Assembly: GCA_965214605.1 (NCBI GenBank) | Contig: OZ243961.1 | Coordinates: forward strand, 1,408,001 to 1,472,000 | DNA: 64,000 nucleotides | Direction: 5' to 3' | Source: an uncultured Candidatus Binatia bacterium | Lineage (GTDB): Bacteria > Desulfobacterota > Binatia > Bin18 | In this document: positions 30,492-40,409 of the stretch, piece by piece | Numbering within the stretch: the stretch's first letter is position 1 | Layout: every line of letters begins with the position of its first letter | Made by a program: the position numbers and the translations under genes | Notes under the pieces: generated by a model | The model's database searches: none | What the model was told of the DNA's origin: nothing | Seen by the model: only the letters and a program-made list of their open reading frames with translations

Positions 30492-31426
30492 TGGACAACA
30501 CCGACGGCTTACGCACGTTTGACGCAGCGATCGCCATTATCACAGGTGCCGCGTCCGGCATTGGTCGAGCCTTATCCGAAGAGCTGGCTCGGCGTGGCGC
30601 GCACGTAGTACTAGCCGACCGTCAAATCGCGCTCGCCCAGGAAGTTGTCGCAGGCATCAGCGCCCGCCAAGGGACAGCACGCGCGGTCGAGATCGATGTC
30701 ACCGACTTCTCAACAGTCGAACGGCTAGTCCAGGATACGGCTCACACCCACGGCCGTTTAGACTACCTATTCAATAATGCCGGGCTGGCTGTCGGCGGTG
30801 AAGCAGGCCTGTACCAACGTAAGGACTGGCAGCCGGTACTTGAGGTCAATCTGCACGGTGTCGTCAACGGCGTCCAAGCCGCCTACCCGGTGATGCTGAA
30901 ACAGGGCTACGGTCATATCGTGAATACCGCCTCCATGGCCGGTCTGTGCCCCTCTCCGATGACCGTCAGCTACGCCGCTACCAAACACGCTGTGGTTGGT
31001 CTGTCGACCTCGCTGCGTATCGAAGCCGCCGAGGCGGGTGTACGGGTGAGCGTCTTGTGTCCGGGTCTCATCCGAACCCAGATTCTGCGCGGGGGCGGCA
31101 AATATGGCAAAGACCTCATGAGCCTTTCACCCGAGCAACAAGACAAGCTAGTCGAGCGGCCCAGACCCATGGAGCCGGCCGATTTTGCCCGGCACGCACT
31201 GAACGCGGTGGCCAGCAATAAGGCTATCATTATCATTCCGGGGGGGTGGAAGCTGCTGTGGTGGCTTAACCGCCTCTCCCCTACGCTCATGCTGTGGCTG
31301 AGCCGGCGGATGTACCGCTCAATAAAGTCGCGGTTGGCAGACACAGCTTCTGGCACGTCAAAAGAGGGCGCGTCGCATCCCGAGACAGGGGGGCCGGAGC
31401 CACCACCCTGCTCTGGATGCACGTAG
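30491..31426 (+). CDS. Short-chain dehydrogenase/reductase
   Basis: TGAASGIG, NNAG, S...YAATK; ATG overlaps the beta-subunit stop. Confidence 0.9.
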   Translation: MDNTDGLRTFDAAIAIITGAASGIGRALSEELARRGAHVVLADRQIALAQEVVAGISARQGTARAVEIDVTDFSTVERLVQDTAHTHGRLDYLFNNAGLAVGGEAGLYQRKDWQPVLEVNLHGVVNGVQAAYPVMLKQGYGHIVNTASMAGLCPSPMTVSYAATKHAVVGLSTSLRIEAAEAGVRVSVLCPGLIRTQILRGGGKYGKDLMSLSPEQQDKLVERPRPMEPADFARHALNAVASNKAIIIIPGGWKLLWWLNRLSPTLMLWLSRRMYRSIKSRLADTASGTSKEGASHPETGGPEPPPCSGCT

Positions 31427-31524
31427 GTGGCAGATGTAGGATCTTGTTTAGCAGCGGTATCTGATTCGCCCTGCCATGGGTGGCCGAGTCGTTGGCTCGC
31501 TGGGGAGGGAAGCGAGGTGCTCCG

Positions 31525-32853
31525 TCAGTCACCTGTCTCCTCGCCCTTGGCCCGGGCCAAGTCGGCCCGTAGCGTCCGCGCGGCCATAACATAATGAAAC
31601 GCCGCCCAGACGTTGATCAGCGATACCCCCACCAGGGCATAGCGCAACGACTCGGTGCCATACCGAGGCTGGAGCAGATCGCTGACTACGCCTATCGTTT
31701 GTGGCCCAAAGCCTAGGCCGATGATGTTCAGAATAAACAGCAGCAGGGCTGAAGCCACTGACCGCATACGAACTTGGACCAACCCTTGATTCATGGCGAG
31801 ACTGGGAGCGATAAACACCCCGCCGACAAAAGCCGGAACAATGAAGGTGCTCAACGCTAAGTGGATGTCCGACGCCAGGTACGTAACGAAGCCAAACGGT
31901 ACCATCAGCAGGGTGGCAATCCCAACCATCCAGACATTCCAGCGCACATCGCGCCTGGCCAATCGGTCGGCCAGCAGCCCCCCACCATACGTCCCAAGTC
32001 CGCCGATTAGGCCCAGAAATAGGGCCAGCAGCGTTCCAATCGCGCCGCTCGTCATACCGTGCAAGCGGGCCAGAAAGGCAGGCAGCCAGAGAATCACTCC
32101 ATAGCCAACAAAAGCGGTGAGGCTTGCACCCGCCAACAGGTGGCGCAGAGAGGGGGGCGAGAGCATGAAGCGGATTACCTCACCCAGCCGGGGAGCGGCC
32201 TGCTGGGAAGGCTTCAGGCCTTCGGCATAGCCTCGGGGCGGTTCACGCAGGGTCAGACGCACGATCACCGCCAGCACTAAGCCCGGCACCCCAACCACGT
32301 AAAACGCGACACGCCAACCATACCACTGATTGACCCAGCCCCCGACCAGAAAACCAAGCAGCAGGCCAAGGTTGGCCCCAGAGGCGAACACCCCCATCGC
32401 CGTCCCTCGCTCGGCGGGCTGATACATATCGGCAATCATTGAATGGGAGGGCGGACTCGACCCAGCCTCACCCACCCCGACTCCAATCCGGGCCAAGGCC
32501 AGCTGCGAAAAATTCGCTGCCATCCCGCACAAGACGGTCATTCCGCTCCATGTGGCGAGGGCCAGGGCGATAATATTACGCCGGTTGCTCCGGTCGGCCC
32601 ACATCGCAATCGGAATACCCAGCGTGGCATAGAAGAGGGCAAATGCGATGCCGGACAGGAAACCCAGCTGAGTATCCGACAGCACTAAATCGTGCTTGAT
32701 TGGCTCCAACAGAATGGCCAGGATCTGGCGGTCCACATGGCTGGAGGCAAACACTAGCAGCAGGATGATCAAGGCATAGCGCCGATAGGCAGCAGTAATG
32801 CCCAGCGCAGTTGTAGACGTCGGCTCAGATATCAAGTCGGGCTGTTGGGCCAT
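31525..32853 (-). CDS. MFS transporter (spinster-like)
   Basis: DRQILAILLEPIK, WADRSNRR, ARIGVGVGEAG..PPSHSMIAD. Confidence 0.9.
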   Translation of the reverse strand: MAQQPDLISEPTSTTALGITAAYRRYALIILLLVFASSHVDRQILAILLEPIKHDLVLSDTQLGFLSGIAFALFYATLGIPIAMWADRSNRRNIIALALATWSGMTVLCGMAANFSQLALARIGVGVGEAGSSPPSHSMIADMYQPAERGTAMGVFASGANLGLLLGFLVGGWVNQWYGWRVAFYVVGVPGLVLAVIVRLTLREPPRGYAEGLKPSQQAAPRLGEVIRFMLSPPSLRHLLAGASLTAFVGYGVILWLPAFLARLHGMTSGAIGTLLALFLGLIGGLGTYGGGLLADRLARRDVRWNVWMVGIATLLMVPFGFVTYLASDIHLALSTFIVPAFVGGVFIAPSLAMNQGLVQVRMRSVASALLLFILNIIGLGFGPQTIGVVSDLLQPRYGTESLRYALVGVSLINVWAAFHYVMAARTLRADLARAKGEETGD

Positions 32854-33036
32854 AAGATCTCCTTTCAACAAGTTGTCACACAAACTCCCAACTCGGCCCA
32901 CACAATTTTCGCACCTGTAGCCGAGGTTCCGCTAAAACGCTAGCTCAGACCCCGATTGCATTCGGTGAATCAGCCAGATAGGGAAGACCGAAGTGGCTCA
33001 TTGTAAGCGGCCTGAGGACCACCAAGAAGGAGAGCT

Positions 33037-33324
33037 ATGTCAGCCTATATCATTGTTGATGTTAAAGTGACCGATCCTCATACCTACCAGAGCTACAGCA
33101 AGCTCGTCCCGGCAACGGTTGAGGCGTATGGCGGCAAATTCATTGTGCGCGGCGGTAAAGCCGAAAATCTGGAGGGCGATTGGCAGCCCAACCGTGTAGT
33201 TGTGCTGGAATTTGAGAGTGTCGCACAGGCCAAAGCGTGGTGGAACTCTGACGAATACCGTGAACCCAAGGCGCTGCGTCAGAGCGCTTCCCAGGCCCAG
33301 ATGATTGTGGTTGAGGGCGTGTAG
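33037..33324 (+). CDS. DUF1330 protein
   Basis: YGGKFIVRGG...LEGDWQPNRVVVLEF...AKAWWNSDEY. Confidence 0.88.
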   Translation: MSAYIIVDVKVTDPHTYQSYSKLVPATVEAYGGKFIVRGGKAENLEGDWQPNRVVVLEFESVAQAKAWWNSDEYREPKALRQSASQAQMIVVEGV

Positions 33325-33391
33325 AGAAGAGGGGAGCGCGCTCATACAGGGGATCCTGCTAGCAGGGCTGCTCTTCACCGTTCGTGCTAGC

Positions 33392-33832
33392 CTAGACCAC
33401 CGCGCCGGTATCGGCCTGCAAGCCGGCCGCCTCAATACCGACCACGGCACACGTCTCGTCAATATCTGAGGTATCGCCCGAGATGCCGACCGCGCCGATA
33501 ATAGTGTTATCCTCAGCCCGGATCAGAACGCCGCCCGGAACCGGCACCAGTTTCCCCCCAGCCATTACGCTTAGCGCGTGAATAAATTCCGGGCGATCCT
33601 CTGCCACTCTGCCCAGCACCCGCGACGAACGCCCTAAGCCCAGCGCCCCCCAGGCTTTACCGACCGCAATATCGGTCCGCAACAGGCTCGTTTGATCCTC
33701 GCGCTGATAGGACTTGAGCTGACCGCTCTCGTCTAACACGGCCACGGCCAAAGGAGCCGCATTCATGTCGCGAGCCTTTTTTAGGGCAGCGGTCACAATC
33801 GTATTGGCCAGTTCTAAATTCAAGTCGCTCAT
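33392..33832 (-). CDS. GlcG/HbpS-family heme-binding protein
   Basis: AVAVLDESG, IAVGKAW, VPGGVLI...IGAVGISGDTSDIDE; start moved to ATG 33832. Confidence 0.88.
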   Translation of the reverse strand: MSDLNLELANTIVTAALKKARDMNAAPLAVAVLDESGQLKSYQREDQTSLLRTDIAVGKAWGALGLGRSSRVLGRVAEDRPEFIHALSVMAGGKLVPVPGGVLIRAEDNTIIGAVGISGDTSDIDETCAVVGIEAAGLQADTGAVV

Positions 33833-33854
33833 ATGTTCCTCCAGCGTCGATTCT

Positions 33855-34094
33855 TTATAGCAGCGCGCCAGCACCGCTGAGAGAGCGTTCCACAACAGGC
33901 ACAGGGGATCGCGAAGCGACAGGCCAGGGCAGCAAAAGTCGGACAACAAGCCAGCCGCTCACCCAGAGCAGGGCCACCGCTCCCCAATCGCTCTCGCCCC
34001 TGAGATGAAAACCCAACAGCGCCGACACCAGCCGCTTGGTCAGCAGACCAAGGTCAAGCAAAACACCGGTAAAGACATGAATCAAGTCAAACAT
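33855..34094 (-). CDS. Possible small membrane protein
   Basis: Hydrophobic ORF MFDLIHVFTGVLL...GAVALLWVSGWLVVRLLLPWP directly upstream of the GlcG gene; no family recognised. Confidence 0.35.
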   Translation of the reverse strand: MFDLIHVFTGVLLDLGLLTKRLVSALLGFHLRGESDWGAVALLWVSGWLVVRLLLPWPVASRSPVPVVERSLSGAGALL

Positions 34095-35024
34095 CAGGCT
34101 GTCCGCTTGTCCCGCCTGCAGTCCCCGTATGCAGCGGCCATCAGGGAATCGTAAATCCAACTCAGCCTCTCGATGACCGGGACATTTGGCGGACGAACAC
34201 TTTCGCTAAACAGATACTCAACTGGTAACCTGCTCCTCGTTCACACCAGAGCATAGTGGAGAGATGAGAGGACGAGTTAAAAAAGGCTGTATGGAGGAGC
34301 ATCGCTAGCCGGATTCGAGCTGGATACGCAAACCGCCGCTTGACGCGCAGGCGACTCTCTTGAACCCTCCGGCATTGCTCATACCCAGCTTTTAACACCA
34401 GCCGAGGGGTGAAGTGGCGAACTAGGAACACCTTCAGTTCAGAGACCTCGTCTTCCAAGTCCAAGTCGGGACGGTTCTAAGGCCCGGCCACTAAAAATCT
34501 CCAGCGCCTACCTGTCCTGAACATGCTAGAAGGAAAATGACGGACTGGGCGTTCAAGAGAGGGTCGGTCAGCACGGCAAAGAACCAGCCCCGGCACCGTG
34601 TTGGGACGGTTCACAGTCACTCGTCACACCCTCCTGGAGATAAACCTCTTCAACCTAGGCACGCCATCTCTTCAAAAACCGGCAGGTGGGCCACCGGATC
34701 CTCTGGGCACTTCACCCTGCTCGGAGAGAGGCGCGTGAAGTGCCCCAGGGTGCGGGGCGCCTCTCTGGGTTCAAGGTTCGACTAGCTCCAACTCGACGGC
34801 GGGCGATTTCCTTTCCATTGACACGGGCTACGCCGTATGCGGACAAGTCGGCAGTTGGAGCGATAAAGCGCCCGTCACGGACAACAACAGGTCCGACGGC
34901 CGCTCTCAGCCTTAAGATGTAGTCGTGGTGAGGACCGGTATAGAGATCTCATCATCCTCACTAAGGCCCGCCGACCACTACCCTGTTCACCCAGACTGTG
35001 CGGCGCCAGGGTGCACGCGAGAGG

Positions 35025-36506
35025 CTAGTGGACGCCGTTGGCCAGGAGCTGATCGACCTCTTTTTCGACCGCTGTGCCTTTGAAGAAGTCTGGATTCATG
35101 CCCGTCCACAGCGTGGTCGGGTTGGTGAATACAAAGTCGCGGAAGTTCTCTTCGCTCAGTATCCCGTGTTCAACCTGCTCGTACGCCTCTTCCGTCACCT
35201 CTGTCATGTCGGGCACGTCCCAGTGGCCGATATCAGAGCTGTAGATCGCCCGCACCTGCTCGCCAAACGGATTGGCTCTGGTATTAAAGCCGGTGGCATT
35301 CATGGGATCGTCGGCTTCACAGCCGAAGTAGAAGTGAGGGATAAATAGATCTCTTATATCCTCAGTTTTTTCGATCCCGGTACGGTGAAAGTCGTTCTTG
35401 ATGTCTGGTGCCGCCCGGGTATTGATCGTCGCCCCGCTAGGGTTGCTGAGGTGCTGCAGCCGCCCCTCAGTCACTCTCTCGCCATACTTTTGACACAGAT
35501 CAAGCAACAGCTCAGGGTTTAGATTGGCCGGATTGTAGTTCTCGATCGCCTCCGGGTTGCGCTTGTCCCAGCGGGCAATCAGGTCGGCGTACAGCCGCGC
35601 TCCGGTGCTCACCCCACCCTCCAGAAAGGCAAACTTCAAGTTGGGAAAACGCTGGGTTACCCCACCAAAAAACAGGGCTTTACACACCGCCTCGCCAGCC
35701 TCGGCAAAATGGCCGACATGGTTATACATATAGGTTGACGTCGACGTGCGGCTGCCCCAGCCCATAGCCGCAGAGTGAAAGGTTGGAGCGACCTTCAGTT
35801 CAACACACTTGGCCCACACCGGATCATAGTCGTAGTCGCTATCCAGACAGAAGGTATCGAGCCAATAGCTGTAGCGGGCGGCTTCTGGGGATAAGGCTTC
35901 TGCAGCGGGGATTGGACGGAGCACGTGACCAGCCAACATGACTGCCTTCATATTCAGCGTGCCGACCGCGTAGTCTAACTCGGCCAGCGCTTCGTCCGGG
36001 GTGTGCATCGGAATAATCGCCACCGGGATAAGCCGATCCGAATATTCCTTGAAAATATCGGCGTGGTAGGTGTTGAATGCCCGACATGCGGCCAGACGGA
36101 TCTCCTGATCGTCGAGATGCGGGGCTAAAAGCCCGAAGGTCGGGTAGAGAATGGACACGTCAATCCCCATATCATCCAGGCGTTCATGGAGCAGTTTGGG
36201 CAGCATCGAGGTCGCTCGGTCGAGTGTGTTTCTGGCCGGCAGCGCCCACCAGGGCGGAACGGTCAAACGTTGGGCGCACCGTTCCTCAGACGTCAGCCTG
36301 TGCCAGTTCAACATCCCACCTAGCGAGGCGGCCGGCCCCTCGGTGCGTTTGGCCTTGTAGCGCTCAACGATGCCCGGCCCACCAATCTCACGTAGAGTGT
36401 CCATCACCGCGGGTTCAAACTCTACAGTGTGACCGTCGGAGTCAATAACCGGATGGCTCAAACGAGCCCGGACCTGTTTTGATTTGGAAATCTGTACAGC
36501 AGCCAT
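35025..36506 (-). CDS. Amidohydrolase family protein
   Basis: IDSDGH metal motif, PTFHS, FAFLEGG, SSDIGHWD. Confidence 0.85.
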   Translation of the reverse strand: MAAVQISKSKQVRARLSHPVIDSDGHTVEFEPAVMDTLREIGGPGIVERYKAKRTEGPAASLGGMLNWHRLTSEERCAQRLTVPPWWALPARNTLDRATSMLPKLLHERLDDMGIDVSILYPTFGLLAPHLDDQEIRLAACRAFNTYHADIFKEYSDRLIPVAIIPMHTPDEALAELDYAVGTLNMKAVMLAGHVLRPIPAAEALSPEAARYSYWLDTFCLDSDYDYDPVWAKCVELKVAPTFHSAAMGWGSRTSTSTYMYNHVGHFAEAGEAVCKALFFGGVTQRFPNLKFAFLEGGVSTGARLYADLIARWDKRNPEAIENYNPANLNPELLLDLCQKYGERVTEGRLQHLSNPSGATINTRAAPDIKNDFHRTGIEKTEDIRDLFIPHFYFGCEADDPMNATGFNTRANPFGEQVRAIYSSDIGHWDVPDMTEVTEEAYEQVEHGILSEENFRDFVFTNPTTLWTGMNPDFFKGTAVEKEVDQLLANGVH

Positions 36507-37723
36507 GCCTGCCCCTCCTTACAGCGCTGATTTAGACTGTAGACAACTGACTACATCGCCTTCACTACCCGATCGATTATATTCTGTCCAGCTTGACGGC
36601 ACAGGAGTTCAACACCGGGAGAGCCATACCATGAGCGCGCACACGACCGGTGACCTGCAGACCGGTGAGTCTCAACTATTGTAATGCTCCGTCCCAGAAG
36701 ATCTTTACTCAGATGGGAGAGTGTGTTTTTCAGCGGTACGACAGAGAGGCCGCGGCGGCTAGTGTAGGCTGCCGCTTGACCTGCCCAGCCCAAACCTCAT
36801 CATTCCCGTTATCGTCCGACAGACAGAATGTTCTGAACAAGATGTTCCGGCTGGGAAAGATAAAGCCAACATTCTTATTATCTCGCCCAAGATAGCGACT
36901 GTGGAGGCTGTGATGGTGAGTGGGACAGGCGAACACATTGATCAATTTTCCGGGCCCGCTGAACGAGATTATGAGAGCGGCGCAAATCATAGGCTTAAAG
37001 AGTTGGAGGGAAAGGAAAAAATGGGAACGCTATAGATCGTTGGCGTTTCAGGGACCTGACCAAGACAGGCACAAACAACACCTTCCGAGAAACTTATTGT
37101 GACGCCATTGCCCAAGCAGAACAGTAAAGATCAGGTGAGCGTGCTTGACCTCCGGTCGGGCCCAAGCCTTAGCCGCTGAGCGGCCTCGCTACAGCGGCAA
37201 TGTGACGCCGGCCTGAAAGACAATCGCCGAGACGGCTACCATCGGAGCACCCTCTGTAGAGAAAAACCCCGAATGTCCGCCGGAAGAAAAAGTAACGCAC
37301 CTCCAGCTGGGCTGGCGTCTGACTACACATTTCCTTAGAAATAAAGAGGCAACAACCGCTGTCGGAAAGCTGATGCGCTCATCTCCCGCTCTATGAGGCA
37401 GAGGGGACAGATATGAACAGCGTAAAGACGAGAGCAATGAGAAGCCATATGCCAAAAATTCAGCGCTCCGGATTCAGGCAGGATAATCAAGGTCGACAAG
37501 CAACTGACAGAGAACAATCTGTCTCGGTGTGGAGACAAGGTCCGGGGCGTCAGACAGCCTCTCGTTCACTGCCGGCGGCATGCTTTCATCCCGCGCTCAC
37601 GCTGCTCTCCTGAGCGGCCACCGACTGGGACCCTTGAAACAGCGGTATGTCAAGTGCAGGCTGTTCATTCGCCGCAAGTTTGTTATCGTCAAATACTCAA
37701 GTCTGGAACCAACAGAGGGACGT

Positions 37724-39052
37724 ATGGCGCACTCACAAAAACTGCGACTCGGTGCTTTCATGCGGCCGGTCAGCATTCATACGGCGGCCTGGCGCTATCC
37801 GGGCGCTTTCCCGGATGCCAACTTCAATTTTGCCCACTACCGACGCTTTGTCGCCAGCCTGGAGCGGGGTCGCTTTGATGCCTTTTTCATGGCCGACCAC
37901 CTAGCGGTGATGAACATGCCGATGGCGGCGCTCAAACGCAGCGCCACGGTCACGTCTTTCGATCCCCTGACCCTGCTGCCGGCGCTAGCTGTGGTGACCG
38001 AACACCTGGGGCTCATTGCCACCGCGTCCACGACCTATAACGAGCCATATCACGTGGCCCGAAAATTCGCCTCGCTCGACCACATCAGCGGCGGCCGGGC
38101 CGCCTGGAACATGGTAACCTCGGCCAATCCCCAGGAGGCGCGCAACTTCGGCCGTGAGCAACACCTGGAGCACGGGCAGCGCTACCGGCGAGCGCGTGAG
38201 TTCTTTGATGTGGTGACCGGCCTGTGGGACAGTTGGGCTGACGATGCCTTTATCCGTGATGTTGAGACGGGGACCTATTTCGATCCGGACAAAATGCACA
38301 TCCTGGACCACAAAGGTCCCCACCTGTCCGTGCGCGGACCGCTCAACGTTGCCCGGCCGATCCAGGGCTGGCCGGTTATCGTTCAGGCCGGTGCCTCAGA
38401 GGCCGGCCGCCAACTAGCGGCCGAGACAGCCGAGGTGGTGTTTGGCAGCCCCAGCACCCTCAACGACGGGCAGCGCTACTACGCAGACGTCAAGAGCCGG
38501 ATGGAGACCTGTGGTCGGTCTCCTGAGGACCTCAAGATCCTGCCCGGGGCATTTGTAGTAGTGGGCGACAGCGCGGCCGAGGCACGGGCCAAAAAGGCTC
38601 GGTTGGATAGTCTGGTCCATCCTGATAGCGGGATTGCGACCCTTTCCGTCCTGCTCGGCCACGACGTGTCGAACTTTGAGTTCGACGCCCCGTTGCCCGA
38701 TATCCCAGAGAGTAACGCCAGCAAGAGCGGCCGTCAGAAACTAGTCAACATGGCCCGACAGGACAATATGACGGTCCGCCAGTTGGCCCAATACGTAGGT
38801 GGCAGCTTCAGCGCCCTGGAGCTCATCGGAACTCCGACCACTATTGCGGACCAGATGGAGGAATGGCTCCTCGACAAAGGCTGCGACGGCTTCAATATCA
38901 TGTTCCCCTATCTGCCCGGAGGACTTGACGACTTTGTTGATCGGATCGTGCCCGAACTCCAGCGACGTGAGCTGTTCCGGCGTGAGTACGAGGGGAAGAC
39001 GCTGCGCGAAAACCTCGGCCTGTCGCGTCCTCAGAACCGCTTTTTCTCTTAA
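37724..39052 (+). CDS. NtaA/DmoA/SnaA-family FMN-dependent monooxygenase
   Basis: ERGRFDAFFMADH, STTYNEPYHVARKFASLDHISGGRAAWN, QAGAS, VPELQRR; start moved to ATG 37724. Confidence 0.92.
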   Translation: MAHSQKLRLGAFMRPVSIHTAAWRYPGAFPDANFNFAHYRRFVASLERGRFDAFFMADHLAVMNMPMAALKRSATVTSFDPLTLLPALAVVTEHLGLIATASTTYNEPYHVARKFASLDHISGGRAAWNMVTSANPQEARNFGREQHLEHGQRYRRAREFFDVVTGLWDSWADDAFIRDVETGTYFDPDKMHILDHKGPHLSVRGPLNVARPIQGWPVIVQAGASEAGRQLAAETAEVVFGSPSTLNDGQRYYADVKSRMETCGRSPEDLKILPGAFVVVGDSAAEARAKKARLDSLVHPDSGIATLSVLLGHDVSNFEFDAPLPDIPESNASKSGRQKLVNMARQDNMTVRQLAQYVGGSFSALELIGTPTTIADQMEEWLLDKGCDGFNIMFPYLPGGLDDFVDRIVPELQRRELFRREYEGKTLRENLGLSRPQNRFFS

Positions 39053-39113
39053 CTACTTTGTGCATTTTGAGAGCTGAGCTGATCTACTCAGCTGCTTAGG
39101 CGAGGGGGGAAAC

Positions 39114-40370
39114 ATGTCACAGTCAGACAATCCGTCAGTGCTTGAAGGCGTCCGCGTGTTAGACTTCGGTCAGTATATCGCCGCCCCGGTCTTGACCCGC
39201 ATGATGTCCGACATGGGTGCTGAAATCATCAAGGTCGAACTCGCTCCAAGCGGAGATAACTCGCGCTTTTATCCGTATTTTAAAGCCGGTCAGAGCGGGG
39301 GCTATATCCAGCACAACCGCGGCAAACTAAGCCTGTGTCTTGATATCAAGCGGCCCGAGGGGATTCAGATCATCAAAGAACTCGCGCCTAAAGTTGACGT
39401 GGTCATAGAAAACTTCAGCCCTGGGACCTTGAACCGCTACGGTCTAGGCTATGAGGATCTCACAGCACTAAATTCCCAGCTAATCATGTGTTCCATATCA
39501 GGCTTTGGTCAGGACGGTCCGCTGGCCTACAAACCGGGGGTTGACACCCTAGCCCAGGCCATGAGCGGGCTGCTGCATCTGACCGGCGACCCAGACAAAG
39601 CGCCCACCTACGTCGGTCTGTTCATTGCCGACGAAAACGCCGGCGTGCACGGCCTGGCCTCGGTGTGTGCGGCCCTGTATTACCGCCAGAAAACCGGCCG
39701 CGGACAGTATATTGACCTGTCCTTGCTAGAGTGTTTGTTCCATCTACACGACACCGCGGTGCAGTTCTACACGCTGAGCGATGGCAAAGAAAACCCAACC
39801 CGTTTCGGTTCACACCACTACGCGGTCGCTCCGTGCGGCATTTTCGAGGCCAACGACGGTTATGTGGTCATCGTCGTGTTAGAACACCAGTGGAAGACCT
39901 TCGTGCGAGCCGTCAACAAACCCGAGTGGCTCAACGATCCCCGCTTTGACACCAACCAGCACCGGGCCGAGAACCGCTTTGTCCTGATTGAGCTGATCGA
40001 GCAATGGCTGCAATCCTTCCCCAGCCGCGACGAACCGTTGACGATCTTGGACGAAGTTCGTATCTTGAGTGCACCGGTTCTTGACATCGGCCAGATCATC
40101 AACCACCCGCACATGAAAGCCCGCGGAGCTATGCAAGACGTTACCCACCCTGGCATGGGCCCCATCGCCATTCCCAAAACCCCGATTCACTATTCCGACA
40201 CCCGCGTCGAGATCCGCCGTCCGGCACCGTTGTTGGGACAGCACAACGCCGAGGTGCTGGAACGCTACCTGGGCTATTCCGTGCAAAAGATCGCCCGCCT
40301 GACCGACAGCGGCGTGCTAGTCCAAGAGGAGTTGGTCGCCGAAATGCGCCGGCGCGGAGAAATTCCCTAA
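39114..40370 (+). CDS. Class III CoA-transferase (CaiB/BaiF)
   Basis: LEGVRVLDF, NRGKLS, VIENFSPG, SISGFGQDGP, GRGQYID. Confidence 0.92.
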   Translation: MSQSDNPSVLEGVRVLDFGQYIAAPVLTRMMSDMGAEIIKVELAPSGDNSRFYPYFKAGQSGGYIQHNRGKLSLCLDIKRPEGIQIIKELAPKVDVVIENFSPGTLNRYGLGYEDLTALNSQLIMCSISGFGQDGPLAYKPGVDTLAQAMSGLLHLTGDPDKAPTYVGLFIADENAGVHGLASVCAALYYRQKTGRGQYIDLSLLECLFHLHDTAVQFYTLSDGKENPTRFGSHHYAVAPCGIFEANDGYVVIVVLEHQWKTFVRAVNKPEWLNDPRFDTNQHRAENRFVLIELIEQWLQSFPSRDEPLTILDEVRILSAPVLDIGQIINHPHMKARGAMQDVTHPGMGPIAIPKTPIHYSDTRVEIRRPAPLLGQHNAEVLERYLGYSVQKIARLTDSGVLVQEELVAEMRRRGEIP

Positions 40371-40409
40371 ATAGTGAGAAGTCACAACCTTATTTGACAG
40401 GAGGAGATT

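Noticed and set aside
36790-37035. Open stretch ending ...EAVMVSGT...NHRLKELEGKEK, faintly like a class III cyclase C-terminus
   Set aside because: No start codon or catalytic motifs; similarity too weak to call without a search.
37189-37455. ORF ending FQAGVTLPL, like a beta-barrel C-terminal strand
   Set aside because: The rest of the ORF is not protein-like; at most an unidentifiable remnant.
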